Shown here: positions 12,351 to 24,500 of the stretch, in pieces
How positions within the stretch are numbered: the stretch's first letter is position 1
How the letters are laid out: each line of letters begins with the position of its first letter
From: Squalus acanthias
Lineage: Eukaryota
Assembly (NCBI GenBank): GCA_030390025.1
Contig: CM059431.1
Location: 101,434,001-101,498,000 of the forward strand
Direction: 5' to 3'
DNA: 64,000 bases
Program-made: the position numbers and the translations under genes
The notes under the pieces: generated by a model
Seen by the model: the letters and a program-made list of their open reading frames with translations, nothing else
The model's database searches: none
Told to the model about the DNA's origin: nothing

Positions 12351-13914
12351 CCATTTTTTTTATGGACGTGTCTATTCGCAACACCAGAGTTCTGATTGGT
12401 CCCCTTGGATGACAAGACCTGATTTTTGATTGGTCCCCTTGGAGGACAAGACACACCCAGCAGTTTCTCTGGAATGTGTAATTAGATCCTGCCCGCCTAC
12501 GTAATCAGTTACTTTCCAAAGTGTAATTCGAGCCATTCTGACTGCCAGGCTCCAGACAGAACAGAGCTCACATAGAACAGACAGGGCTCACCCTCGCGGG
12601 TTAAGACCTCCTCCCTCCCACCGAGTTCCTGACCTCCCCCCCCACCCAAGTTCCTGACCTCCTCTCCCCACCAAGTTTCTGACAACCTCCCCCCACCACA
12701 CCGTGTTCCTAACCTCCCTCCCCACCCCCATCCCCCCCCAAGTTTCTGACCTCCTCACCCCCGCCCCAGGTTCCTGACCACCTCCCCCTGCCCAAGTTCC
12801 TTCCTCCCCCCCCACTGGGTTCCTGACCTTCTTTCCCCCAACAAGTTCCCGACCTTCCCTTCTCCCCCTGCCCATAGATGGGGCAATGTGTGTGGGTTAC
12901 AGATTGTTAACAGGTTTATTGGGTATGAAGTGAATAGTAAGTGTCATGACTGCCGAACGTGATCCGTCTTACCACCTGGATCATGTTCTCGCTCTCATTT
13001 CCCCCCACCGCCCTAGACCTGGATCACGTTGTTCCTCCATCCCCACTGTCCTCTCTGTGATCCTTGCCCCCGCCCCCCAGTTCCTGACCTTCTCTCCCCA
13101 CCAAGTTCCTGACCTCCTCTCCCCCACCCCTCCAACCCCCCCCACCCCCCGAGTTCCTGTCTTTCTCTCCCCCCCCAGTTCCTGACCTTTTCTCCCCCCC
13201 CCGACCTCCTCTCCTCCCCCTGACCTCCTCTCCCCCCCCTGAACTCCTCTCCCCCCCCTGACTCCTCTCCCCCCCCGACCTCCTCTCCCCCCTCCCGACC
13301 TCCTCTCCCCCCTCCCCGACCTTCTCTCCCCCCTCCCGACCTTCTCTTCCCCCTCCCGACCTTCTCTTCCCCCTCCCGACCTTCTCTTCCCCCTCCCGAC
13401 CTTCTCTTCCCCCTCCCGACCTTCTCTTCCCCCTCCCGACCTTCTCTTCCCCCTCCCGACCTTCTCTTCCCCCTCCCGACCTTCTCTCCCCCTCCCGACC
13501 TTCTCTCCCCCTTCCCGACCTTCTCTCCCCCTTCCCGACCTTCTCTCCCCCCTCCCGACCTTCTCTCCCCCCTCCCGACCTTCTCTCCCCCCTCCCGACC
13601 GTCTCTCTCCACCCCCCCCGGCCTTATCTCTCCCTCCAATTCCCTCTCTCTCTCTCTCCCCCCTTTTGATCCTCTCTTCTCCCCCCCCGGGGGCCAGCAT
13701 GGATCCAGTGACAGACCTTCTCCCACGGAGCTAAAGGAAAGCGTGGCCCACACTGCACTGCAGGCCGCAACTGTTGGGTACTGCGCATGTGTAGCCTTGG
13801 TAAATAGCGCGCATGCACAGGAGGGGATCGGGCGCGCATGCGCGGCTCTGGTATAACATGCACATGCGCAGAAGGCCACAAAGATGTTCGTGCAGATAAT
13901 CACTTTGTTTTTTT
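12351..13914. mobile_element. Unclassified insertion carrying internal C-rich tandem repeats (possibly Helentron/DINE-1-like)
   Basis: Interrupts a CR1. T-runs at both ends, no TSD seen, internal ~20-bp repeat cttctcttccccctcccgac, and clustered gcgcatg motifs. Confidence 0.5.
13180..13600. repeat. ~20-bp minisatellite (cttctcttccccctcccgac)n
   Basis: Near-perfect units at 13320-13600 and degenerate units at 12600-12870 and 13070-13320. Confidence 0.9.
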
Positions 13915-14143
13915 ATCCTCATGTGACCTCTGGTTCCTTTGCCAATTACCTTAAATCTGTGTCCTCTGGTTACCGACCCTCCCGCCAGTTGCAAACAGTT
14001 TCTCCTGATCTACTCTCTCAAAACCCTTCATGATTTTGAACACCTCGATCAAATCTCCCCTTTAAACCCTTTGAGATATGGATTAAGCTGAACCGATAAA
14101 CCCAAGTAGAGGTATTATACAAGCAAGACGTAACAGAACTTAC

Positions 14144-14271
14144 CTCGCGATCTTGTTTTACTGCTTGTAGCTTATACAGGAAGTACTTCTGATATTGCTG
14201 AAGTGGCACGGCTAAAATAAAGGCCAAAGTACTCAGGACCACCATAAGACTCTTGGATAGAGGGGCTTTAT
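14144..14271 (-). CDS. UBAC2: UBAC2 coding exon 2 (YKAPLSKSLMVVLSTLAFILAVPLQQYQKYFLYKLQAVKQDRE, 128 nt)
   Basis: Polypyrimidine tract plus AG acceptor (ttttaaag) and GAG|GTAAGT donor. The phase-1 join with exon 1 restores TAT(Y)-KAPLSKSL, and 31+128=159 nt keeps the frame. Confidence 0.96.
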
Positions 14272-14439
14272 CTTTAAAATAAAAAGAGAAAACTGAACAT
14301 TACAAAATGGCGAACGAGATTTAGACCACAGAGGTTCTTCTTTATCCCATTTCTCTAATTTACAGGATTAACCATAAAAATTCCCCGAACCAAATGTGAA
14401 TGTGACTCATCGTATTTGCTTGTAAAGAAAAAAAAGAGA

Positions 14440-14900
14440 AAAAAAGACTTGCATTTCTACAGCACCATTCATGACCACCTGACGTCTCAAAGCGCTTTAC
14501 AGCCAATGAAGTACTTTTGGAGTGCAGTCACTGTTGTAATGTGGGAAACGCGGCAGCCAATTTGCGCACAGCAAGCTCCCACAAACAGCAATGTCATAAT
14601 GACCTGATAATCTGTTTTAGCGATGTTGGTTGAGGGATAAATATTGGCCAGGACGCCAGGGAGAACTCCCCTGCTCTTCGAAATAGTGCCATGGGATCTT
14701 TTACGTCCACCTGAGAGCGCAGACGGGGCCTCGATTTAACGTCTCATCCAAAAGACGGCACCTCCGACAGTGCAGCACTCCCTCAGCACGGCACTGGAGA
14801 GTCAGCCTAGATTTTTGTGCTCAAGTCCCTGGAGTGGGACTATGAACCCACAACCTTCTGACTCAGAGACGAGAGTGCTACCCACTGAGCCACAGGTGAC
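14440..14900 (-). mobile_element. SacSINE1-like SINE, full length
   Basis: Reverse complement of the SINE consensus seen elsewhere in the window. Confidence 0.85.
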
Positions 14901-15253
14901 AGACAATTAACTGGTTATTCACATTATTTGCTGTGTGACTTGGCCCTGATGCTGCCTGTGTAATTAAATCCTTCAATGTGAAGTACATTCCGAGGAGGTG
15001 ATAAGGTGCTTTTTTTTAACATTTGTCAGAACTTAAGAACATAAGAAATAGGAGCAAGTCTCTGGAGTGGGACTTGAACCCACAACCTTCTGACTCAGAG
15101 GCAAGAGTGCTGCCCACTGAGCCACGGCTGACACAGATTAACATATATACATCACATATCTTAACACTGACTAAATGACTGCCCATTAAAGTAAAATAAT
15201 TCATTACTCCATCCCACTCATTCACACAAAACTAAATGGAGATATATTTAGGT

Positions 15254-15432
15254 TTCAGTGGGTAGCACTCTCGCCTCTGAGTCAGAAGGTCGTGGGTTCA
15301 AGTCCCACTCCACAAGCTTGAGCACAAAATCTAGACTGACACTCCAGTGCAGTACTGGGGGGGTGCTGCACTGTCGGAGGTGCCGTCTTTCGGATGAGAC
15401 GTTAGCCGAGGCCCCGTCTGCTCTCTCAGGCG
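15254..15432 (+). mobile_element. SacSINE1-like SINE 5' part (inverted partner fragment at 15055-15133)
   Basis: cagtgggtagcactctcgcctctgagtcagaagg head. Confidence 0.8.
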
Positions 15433-15839
15433 GAATTCATATCAGAATATACGTACTACCAATTCACCACTCCTCATTGTCACCTAAATAATATAATTCA
15501 CATGCTCAGAAATGGGGAAATGTAGTCGGCGTTATACTAAATTACTTTTCAAGACTCCTCTGGATTACAGTAATACTGTATGTGACAAAGTATTTCTTGT
15601 GAAATATAATTCTGTAAATTTAAGGAAGTGCTCGCTTTCAGTAATTACAAGAAATTTAAATATCAAAACAGCTGATAAAGGGATTTATGTATAATATTAG
15701 GAGGTGAATCATTAACAGCTGCATTATAGCAATAAATACTCCTACGCAAGTACAACACTGCCTGCTCATTTAAATAACCTGAAATTATGATTTGCTTTCA
15801 GAATAATTGCCTCTTTTATTTTGTTAGCTCATCAAGTAA

Positions 15840-16392
15840 TCGAATTGAGATGTTTTACGATGATTCAAGGAGTTGATAGGGTAGATGGAGAGAAACTATT
15901 TCCTCTGGTGGGGGAGTCCAGAACAAGGGGGCAGAACCTTAAAATTAGAGCCAGGCCGTTCAGGGGTGATGTCAGGAAGCACTTCTTCACACAAAGGGAC
16001 AGCAGAAATCTGGAACTCTCTCTCCCCAAAAAGCTGTTGAGGCTGGGGGGCAATTGAAAATTTCAAAACTGAGCTTGATACATTTTTGGTGGGTAAGGGT
16101 ATTAAGGCTTACGGAACCAAGGCGGGTAGATGGAGTTAATTAAATAGAATTACATAGAACGTACAGCACAGAAACAGGCCATTCGGCCCAACAGGTCTAT
16201 GCCAGTCTTTATGCTCCACACAAGCCTCCTCCCACCCTACTTCATCTCACCCTATCAGCATATCCTTCTACTCCTTTCTCCCTCATGTGTTTATCTAGAT
16301 TCCCCTTAAAGGCATCAAGATACTGATCAGCCATGATCTAATTGAATGGCGGAATAGGCTGGAGGGGCTGAATGGCCAGCTCCTGTTCCTAT
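15840..16392 (+). mobile_element. CR1 3' fragment with a nested opposite-strand CR1 tail (about 16143-16316)
   Basis: DRVDGEKLFPLVGESRTRG...HFFTQR; the tail resumes at about 16317. Confidence 0.8.
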
Positions 16393-16804
16393 TGACTATA
16401 ATTCAAAAAGGCAAGTTTAAAGGTTAACAGAAGTAACATCGCCCCGAACTGGAATGGTGGAATGAAAAAGAGCAGACATCCTAAGTATGATCGCTAACTG
16501 AGCAGAATGACAGTCCCAGCACTGGAAATTCAAAAGTTTGCCCCAAAAAAAGTATAATTTCTAAGGTATGGCCCAGTTTTTACCTGATGTGCAATAGTGT
16601 ATAAAAATGGTTAGATCGTGGAATTTGGGGAATAGAATATATTTGACTCTTCAAACCAGAATTTCGTCTATAGTATTGTTTTTGGACTGCCAAGAGATCA
16701 AAAAATGTTACCAATTACTTGTAACAACTTGCTTTTATACAGCGTCTTTAATGTAGCAAAACGTTCACAGGGATGTTGTCAGACAAAATTTGACACCGCG
16801 CCAC

Positions 16805-17107
16805 GGAAACACTGCAGCCAATTTGCACACAGCAAGCTCCCACAAACAGCAATGTGATAATGACCAGATAATCTGTTGCCAGCGATGTTAGTTAAGGGAT
16901 AAATATTGGCCCCAGGACACCGGGGAGAACACCCCTGCTCGGTTTAAAGTCTCATCCGAAAGACGGCGCCTCTGACAGTGCAGCGCTCCCTCAGCACTGC
17001 ACTGGAGTGTCAGCCGAGCTTTCTGTGCTCAAATCTCTGGAGTGGGACTTGAACCTACAAACTGCTGACTGAGGTGAAAGTGCTGCCCACTGAGCCACAG
17101 CTGACAC
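16805..17107 (-). mobile_element. SacSINE1-like SINE (internally deleted), preceded by an L2 tail at 16720-16805
   Basis: Matches the SINE consensus. Confidence 0.75.
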
Positions 17108-17196
17108 TAAAACTAACTCATCCATGGTGGTATATACAAGTATGCCTAACAGACTCAATCTATTAATGCGTGCTCTTGCAAACCCCACCTAATCAA

Positions 17197-17477
17197 ATGT
17201 TTCCTCTGGCTGGGGAGTCTAGAACTAGGAGTCGACCATTTCGGGCTGAGATGAGGAGGAATTTCTTCACTCAGAGGGTGGTGAATCTTTGTAATTCTCT
17301 ACCCCAGAGGGCTGTGGGGGCTCAGTCGTTGAGTATATTCAAGACAAAAGATCAATAGATTTTTGGATATTAAGGGAATCAAGGGATATGGGGATAGTGC
17401 AGGAAGGTGGAGTGGAGGTTGAAGATCAGCCATGATCTTATTGAACGGTGGAGCAGGCTCAAGGGGCCGACTCCTGC
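17197..17477 (+). mobile_element. CR1 3' fragment
   Basis: MFPLAGESRTR...FFTQRVVNL plus tail. Confidence 0.85.
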
Positions 17478-19700
17478 TCCTATTTCTTATGTTCTTACAA
17501 CTGCATCTGAATGTAAACCGTAAACAATTGCAACATTCTAAAAGACAGATTTATAAAGTATGCACTTTCACTTTTAATGTGAGTACATTAGCGCTGTTCC
17601 AAATTAGTCAGAAATTAAAGAGGAACTCTGAAGAGTGAAGATTTGAAATGAAACTAAAGTAAAAAAAAAATTCAAACCCAGCTGCTTAGTTCTTCTCACA
17701 CATTTAGGTGTTTGGTGTTTTAAATTTAATCTTTTGATGTGCAGAAAGCAGTATTTTAGGAGCCAGTGATGAGTGTAGGGAGGTACTGAGGAGGGTATCA
17801 AGTCGCAGGAATGTACCGGCAGACAGGAAGGTGGCTTGAAGTGTGTCTACTTCAATGCAAGGAGCATCCGGAATAAGGTAGGAGAACTTGGAGCGTGGAT
17901 TGGTACTTGGGACTACGATGTGGTGGCCATTACGGAGACATGGTTAGAACAGGGACAGGAATGGTTGTTGGAAGTTCCGGGGTATAGATGTTTCAGTAAG
18001 AGTAGGGAAGGTGGTAAGAAAGGTGGAGGAGTAGCATTGTTAATCAAGGATAGTTTAACAGCGGCAGAAAGGCAGTTCGAGGGGGATCTGCCGTCTGAGG
18101 TAATATGGGCTGAAGTTAGAAATAGGAAAGGAGCGGTCACGTTGTTAGGAGTTTTCTACAGGCCCCCAAATAGTAATAGAGATGTGGAGGAAGAAATTGC
18201 AAAGCAGATTATGAATAGGTGTGGAGGTCACAGAATAGTTGTCATGGGTGACTTCAACTTTCCAAATATTGATTGGAACCTTTATAGGTCAAACAGTTCG
18301 GATGGGATAGTTTTTGCACAGTGTGTGCAGGAGGGTTTCCTGACACAATATGTGGATAGGCCGACAAGAGGTGGGGCCACATTGGATTTGGTACTGGGTA
18401 ATGAACCGGGCCAAGTGTTTGATTTGTATGTGGGAGAGCACTTTGGAGATAGCGACCACAATTCGGTGACTTTCACTATTGCAATGGAGAGGGATAGGGC
18501 CATACGGCAGGGCAGGGTTTATAATTGGGGGAGGGGTAATTATGATGCGATTAGGCAAGAATTAGGGAGCATAAGATGGGAACAGAAACTATCAGGGAAA
18601 GGCACAAACGAAAAGTGGAGCTTTTTCATGGAGCAATTACTGCGTGTCCTTGATAGGTATGTCCCTGTCAGGCAGGGAGGAAATGGCTGAGTGAGAGAAC
18701 CATGGTTCACAAAAGAGGTTGAATGTCTAGTCAAGAGGAAAAAGGAAGCGTATGTAAGGATGAGAAAACAAGGTTCAGTTGGGTCGATTGAGGGGTACAA
18801 GGTAGCAAGGAATGAGCTAAAAAAAGAGCTTAGGAGAGCTAGGAGGGGGCATGAGAAGTCCTTGGCGGGTCGGATCAAGAAAAATCCCAAGGCTTTTTAC
18901 TCTTATGTGAGAAATAAAAGAATGACCAGGGTGAGGGTAGGGCCGGTCAAGGACAGTAGTGGGAACTTGTGCATGGAGTCAGAAGAGATAGGAGAGGTGA
19001 TGAATGAATACTTTTCGTCAGTGTTCACCAAGGAGAGGGGCCATGTTTTTGAGGATGAGAGTGTGATTAAGGTGGATAGGCTGGAGGAGGTAGACGTTCT
19101 GAGGGAAGATGTTTTAGCAATTTTGAAGAACCTGAGGGTCGATAAGTCCCCTGGGCCAGATGGGATATATTCTAGGATTCTTTGGGAGGCAAGGGAGGAG
19201 ATTGCAGAGCCTTTGGCTTTGATCTTTGGGTCCTCACTGTCCACGGGGATGGTGCCAGAGGACTGGAGAGTGGCGAATGTTGTTCCTCTCTTCAAGAAAG
19301 GAAATAGGAATGACCCTGGTAATTATAGGCCGGTTAGTCTTACTTCGGTGGTTGGTAAGATAATGGAAAAGGTCCTGAGGGATAGGATTTATGACCATTT
19401 GGAAAGAGGCAACTTAATCAGGGATAGTCAACACGGATTCGTGAAGGGTAAGTCTTGCCTAACAAATTTGATTGAATTCTTTGAGGAGGTAACTAAGTGT
19501 GTGGATGAAGGTAGAGCAGTTGATGTCGTATACATGGATTTTAGTAAGGCGTTTGATAAGGTTCCCCATGGTCGGCTCATGAAGAAAGTAAGGAGTTGTG
19601 GGATAGAGGGAAATTTGGCCGATTGGATAAGTAACTGGCTATCTCATAGAATTGAGAGGTCGCACAACACCAGGTTATAGTCCAACAGTTTTATTTGAAA

Positions 19701-19742
19701 TCACAAGCTTTCGGAGCTATCGATCGCCCCTTCCTCAGGTGA
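19701..19742 (-). ncRNA. Minimal hammerhead ribozyme motif (inverted copy, sense to UBAC2 pre-mRNA)
   Basis: Exact reverse complement of 19869-19910. Confidence 0.8.
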
Positions 19743-19868
19743 AGTAGTAAAGAAATACAGACTCGACAAAGCATATATAGATAGAGAACAATGCATGTGT
19801 ACCTTACAATTGCAGACAACTAAATTAAATCTATATATGCTTTGTCGAGTCTGTATTTCTTTACTACT

Positions 19869-19910
19869 TCACCTGAGGAAGGGGCGATCGATAGCTCCGA
19901 AAGCTTGTGA
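19869..19910 (+). ncRNA. Minimal type-I hammerhead ribozyme motif (PLE family B)
   Basis: tcac-CTGAGGA-a-ggggc[gatcgata]gctcc-GAAA-gc-TT-gtga: stem I tcac/gtga, intact core, palindromic AAGCTT at stem III. Confidence 0.8.
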
Positions 19911-21279
19911 TTTCAAATAAAACTGTTGGACTATAACCTGGTGTTGTGCGACCTCTCAATTTTGTCCACCCCAGTCCAACACCGGCATCTCCGTATCACT
20001 ATCTCATAGAAGGCAGAGGGTGGTGGTGGATGGAAAATTTTCGGACTGGAGACCAGTTACCAGCGGTGTGCCACAGGGGTCGGTGCTGGGTCCTCTGCTG
20101 TTTGTGATTTTTATCAATGACTTGGAGGAGGGGACTGAAGGGTGGATCAGTAAATTTGCTGATGACACCAAGATTGGTGGAGTAGTGGATGAGGTGGAGG
20201 GCTGTTGTAAGCTGCAAAGAGACATTGATAGGATGCAGAGCTGGGCCGAAAAATGGCAGATGGAATTTAACCCTGATAAGTGCGAGGTGATTCATTTTGG
20301 TAGGGCAAATTTGAATAAGGATTACAGGGTCAACGGCGGGGTTCTGAGGAACGTGGAGGAACAGAGGGATCTGGGGGTTCATATCCACAGATCTCTGAAG
20401 GTTGCCACTCAAGTGGATAGAGCAGTAAAAAAGGCCTATGGTGTGTTAGCGTTTATTAACAAGGGGTTTGAGTTTAAGAACCGTGAGTTTATGCTACAAC
20501 TGTACAGGACCTTGGTGAGACCACATTTGGAATAGTGTGTGCAGTTCTGGTCACCTCACTATAGGAAGGACGTGGAAGCATTGGAAAGAGTGCAAAGGAG
20601 ATTTACCAGGATGCTGCCTGGTTTGGGGGGGAGGTCTTATGAGGAGAGATTGAGGGAGTTGGGGCTTTTCTCTTTGGAGCGGAGGAGGATGAGAGGCGAC
20701 TTAATAGAGGTTTATAAGATGATGAGGGGGATAGATAGAGTGGATGTTCAGAGACTATTTCCTCGGGTGGAGGTAGCTGTTACGAGGGGGCATAACTATA
20801 AGGTGCATGGGGGGAGATATAGAAGGGATGTCCGAGGTAGATTCTTTACTCAGAGAGTGGTTGGGGTGTGGAATGGACTGCCTGCTGTGATAGTGGAGTC
20901 GGACACTTTAGGAACTTTCAAGCGGTTATTGGATAAGCACATGGAGCACACCAGAATGATAGGGAGTGGGATAGCTTGATCTTGGTTTCGGACAATGCTC
21001 GGCACAACATCGAGGGCTGAAGGGCCTGTACTGTTCTATGTTCTATGTTCTATATGTGCCAATAAAGAAAAAGAGCAAACTTTGGACAAACGTGTTCCAA
21101 TTTTATCACAATACTTTCTGAACAAAGTACTTCCCACATCTCTACCCCTGTTTCACACCTATATATATTTTCTGCTTGAAACTTTCAAACAGACTCGTCA
21201 GACCAATTAGCTCACAAGATAGTTCCAGATAAAGCAAGCCATTCACCCATCTTTGTTCATCCGTCCAGAAAGGCCCTAA

Positions 21280-21530
21280 ATCATAGAATCCTACAGCACA
21301 GCAGGAGGCCATTCGGCCCATCGTGCCTGTGCCGGCTCTTTGAAAGAGCTCTCCAATTAGTCCCACTCCCCCTTCCCTTTCCCCACAGCCCCGTAAACGT
21401 TTCCCCATCTCAAGTATTTATCCAATTCCCCTTTTGAAAGTTACTATTGAATCTGCTTCCACCGCCCTTTCAGGCAGCGCGTTCCAGATCATAACAACTC
21501 GCTGCGTAAAAAAAAATTCTCCTCGTCTCA
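21280..21530 (-). mobile_element. CR1 3' tail fragment
   Basis: Matches CR1 3' UTR copies elsewhere. Confidence 0.8.
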
Positions 21531-21574
21531 CCTAAAAGTCTCCCATTTCAGCAGCCAATTGTTTTACAGAGCAT

Positions 21575-24500
21575 TATATAGCATATACGGCACAGAAACA
21601 GGCCATGCGGCCCAACCAGTCTATGCCGGCGTTTATGCTCCACTCGAGACTCCTCCCGTCTTTCCTCATCTAAATCTATCAGCGTAACCCTCTATTCCCT
21701 TCTCCCTCATATGCTTATCTAATCGCCCCTTAAATGTATCTATACTATTCGCTTCAACCACTCCCTGTGGTAGCAAGTTCCACATTCTCACCACTCTCTG
21801 GATAAAGAAGTTTCTCCTGAATTCCCTATTGGATTTCTTGGTGACTATCTTATATTGATGGCCTCTAGTTTTGTTATTCCCTACAAGAGGAAACACTCTC
21901 TCTGTATCTACTTTATCAAAACCTTTCATAATTTTAAAGACCTCTATTAGATCACCCCTCAGCCTTCTCTTTTCAAGAGGCAAGAGACCCAACCTGTTCA
22001 TCCTTTCCTGATAGGTGCATTTCTGGTATCATCCTTGTAAATCTTCTCTGCACCCTCTCCAGTGCCTCTATATCCTTTTTACAATATGGCGACCAGAATT
22101 GCACACAGTACTCCAAGTGTGGTCTAACCAGTTCGATACAAGTTTAGCATAACTTCACCACTTTTCAATTCTATTCCTCTAGAAATAAACCCTAGTGCTT
22201 GGTTTGCTTTTTTTATGGCCTTGTTAACCTGTGTCGATACTTTTAGTGATTTGTGTATTTGTACTCGGAGATCCCTTTGCTCTTCTGCCCCATTTAGATT
22301 CTTATTTTCCAAGTAATATGTGACCTCCCTATTTTTCTTACCAAAATGTAATACCTCACATTTGTCTGTGTTGAATTTCATTTGCTAATTATATGCCCAT
22401 TCTGCAAGTTTATTAATGTCCTCCTGTAATTTGTTGCAGTCCTCCTCAGTATTGGCTTCCCCCCGCAAATTTCGTGTCGTCCGCAAATTTAGAAATTGTG
22501 TTTTTGATTCCAAGGTCTAAATCATTAATATAAATTGTGAACAACAGTGGTCCCAGCACTGATCCTTGTGGAACACCACTACCCACCTTCTGCCACTGTG
22601 AATAGCTACCCTTTACCCCTACTCTCTGCTTTCTGTCTTGAAGCCAGCGAGCTATCCATTCTGCTACTTGTCCCCTGACTCCGTATTCCCTGACCTTATT
22701 CATTAGTTTATTATGTGGTACCTTATCGAAGGCCTTTTGAAAAGCCAGATAAATTACATCTACTGCTTTACCCTTGTCTAGTCTCTCTGTTACCTCTTCA
22801 AAAAATTCAATGTGGTTGGTTAAGCAAGACTTTCCCTTTTGAAATCCAGGCTGACTATTATTATATTTTTTGTTCCTAGATGTTCCTCTATTTTCTCCTT
22901 TAGTAGGGATTCCATTATTTTTCCTACCACCGATGTTCAGCTGACTGGCCTAAAGTTCCCTGGACACGTTCTATCTCCCTTCTTAAATATAGGTATTACA
23001 TTAGCTATCCGCCAGTCCTCTGGCACTTCACCTTGTTCTAATTCATTATTAAATATGTGTATTAATGCCTCTGCTATTTCTTCCCTAGATTCTTTTAAAA
23101 TGCGCAGATGTAATCCGTCCGGACCAGGGGTTTTATCCTCTTTGAGTTTCATTAGTTTATTTGGTATATCTCCTCGTTTTATTTTAAATGCAGTTAACTC
23201 ATTACTAATCTCATCATCCGATGTCATCTCCACCTGTTCTATTGTAAAGGAATGAGCCAAACCTATTCAGAAAAATACACCATCCTATGAACAGAATTCA
23301 GACTTTATTAAAACATGACAAACTGGGTTTAAAAATCTAAAAGCCTCAACAACACAGGCTTCTGAGATAAGATGAAGTGTTAACACAAAAGTTGTAAACA
23401 CCACACAAGCTTTTGAAATGGGAAATGGTTGTAAATACTAACACAATGGCCTATTGAAGAAGCAAAGAGTTGGTTCCAAGGAGTCTGTAGTTTGGAACCA
23501 AAACAATAGCAATGCTCAAGTAAAGTGTTAAAATCTAATACTTCGAACAAGAAACACGGAACATTAAAAAACCATGTGCCTTTGTAAAAGTAACATCAAA
23601 TGAAACAGGAAACACGATTATATATATAACCAACTAAGATAGCTAACAAATGCAAAGAACACCCTAGATGAAGTGTTTTTGATTTACAAATTGTAAAAGG
23701 TACAAACAGGAGACTTTGTAAATATTACATCAATAGATGTACCAAGCAATCACATTGTTTGTGTGTTGAACTTGGAACACAAGGAGACGAGAAGTCTGAA
23801 ATACAAGCAGTTATGCCAATATTAAGAAATCAATGGAAGACCTTGCTAAGAATGGCATCAAATAGATACTGCTGTTAAACCATTTTGATAGGTTTTGAAA
23901 CACCTATACAGCAGACAGAATTCTGAAAGCTAACAGCTGAATTAACAGTAAGAATAGAAAGAATTCAATAGAGAATGACTAGAGATAATTAGCTTACATC
24001 AGCAGAAAACTTCAAAGGATAAACCACTAAAAAAAGGTATAAAAATAGAGCTTTTCAGGTAGAAAGTCAGAAGTCGCTGGAAAGGCAAGCGATTCTCGCC
24101 TTCAGAACCACTCTGTAGGCCTACAACTCTTTGAGTCTCGGGTAATCAAGGTATTTGATTTTGGTGGATATTCTGGATTAAGAATAAGTAGAAGTGTGGA
24201 AATGTAATGAAGCTAAGATTTGAGAATAAGGATCTTTGAGAATAAGAAATGTAAGCTATTTGTATTTTGGACTGTTAAAGTTGCGATGAAATCAACAGCT
24301 GTTAACTGAATGTCGGTTCTTTAATAAATCTATATATTTTTAGAATTGTCTCACAGAGTTTTTCTGTATCAATCTCGCGAACTCAATTTCTGTACACTCT
24401 TCTGAGAGGAGTTGCAGAATTCTGGGGGGTTTTCCGGACCCTCATAATATCCAGAAGGTTACAGTCTAGTTAAACTTGTTAAAAGTGCTATCCAGAGGAC

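Larger units (their letters stand above)
12141..14066 (-). mobile_element. CR1 3' fragment split by a 1.55-kb insertion (CR1 parts about 12141-12350 and 13915-14066)
   Basis: The two halves are colinear with intact copies of the same CR1 tail, e.g. 38240-38690 on the plus strand. Confidence 0.8.
19652..19998. mobile_element. ORF-less Penelope-like (pLTR-derived) insertion with 133-bp inverted arms and 13-bp TSD
   Basis: TSD ctatctcatagaa at 19639-19651 and 19999-20011. Arms at 19650-19782 and 19829-19961. Same family as 46860-47110. Confidence 0.85.
17760..21053 (+). mobile_element. CR1 LINE with nearly complete ORF2 (APE endonuclease + RT), disabled
   Basis: [83 protein letters not shown]. 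Stops at 18688-18690 and 20533-20535, an insertion at 19652-19998, and a ttctatg tail. Confidence 0.97.

Noticed and set aside
12981..13903. Gly/Arg/Glu-rich ORFs
   Set aside because: Translations of the 20-bp tandem repeat.
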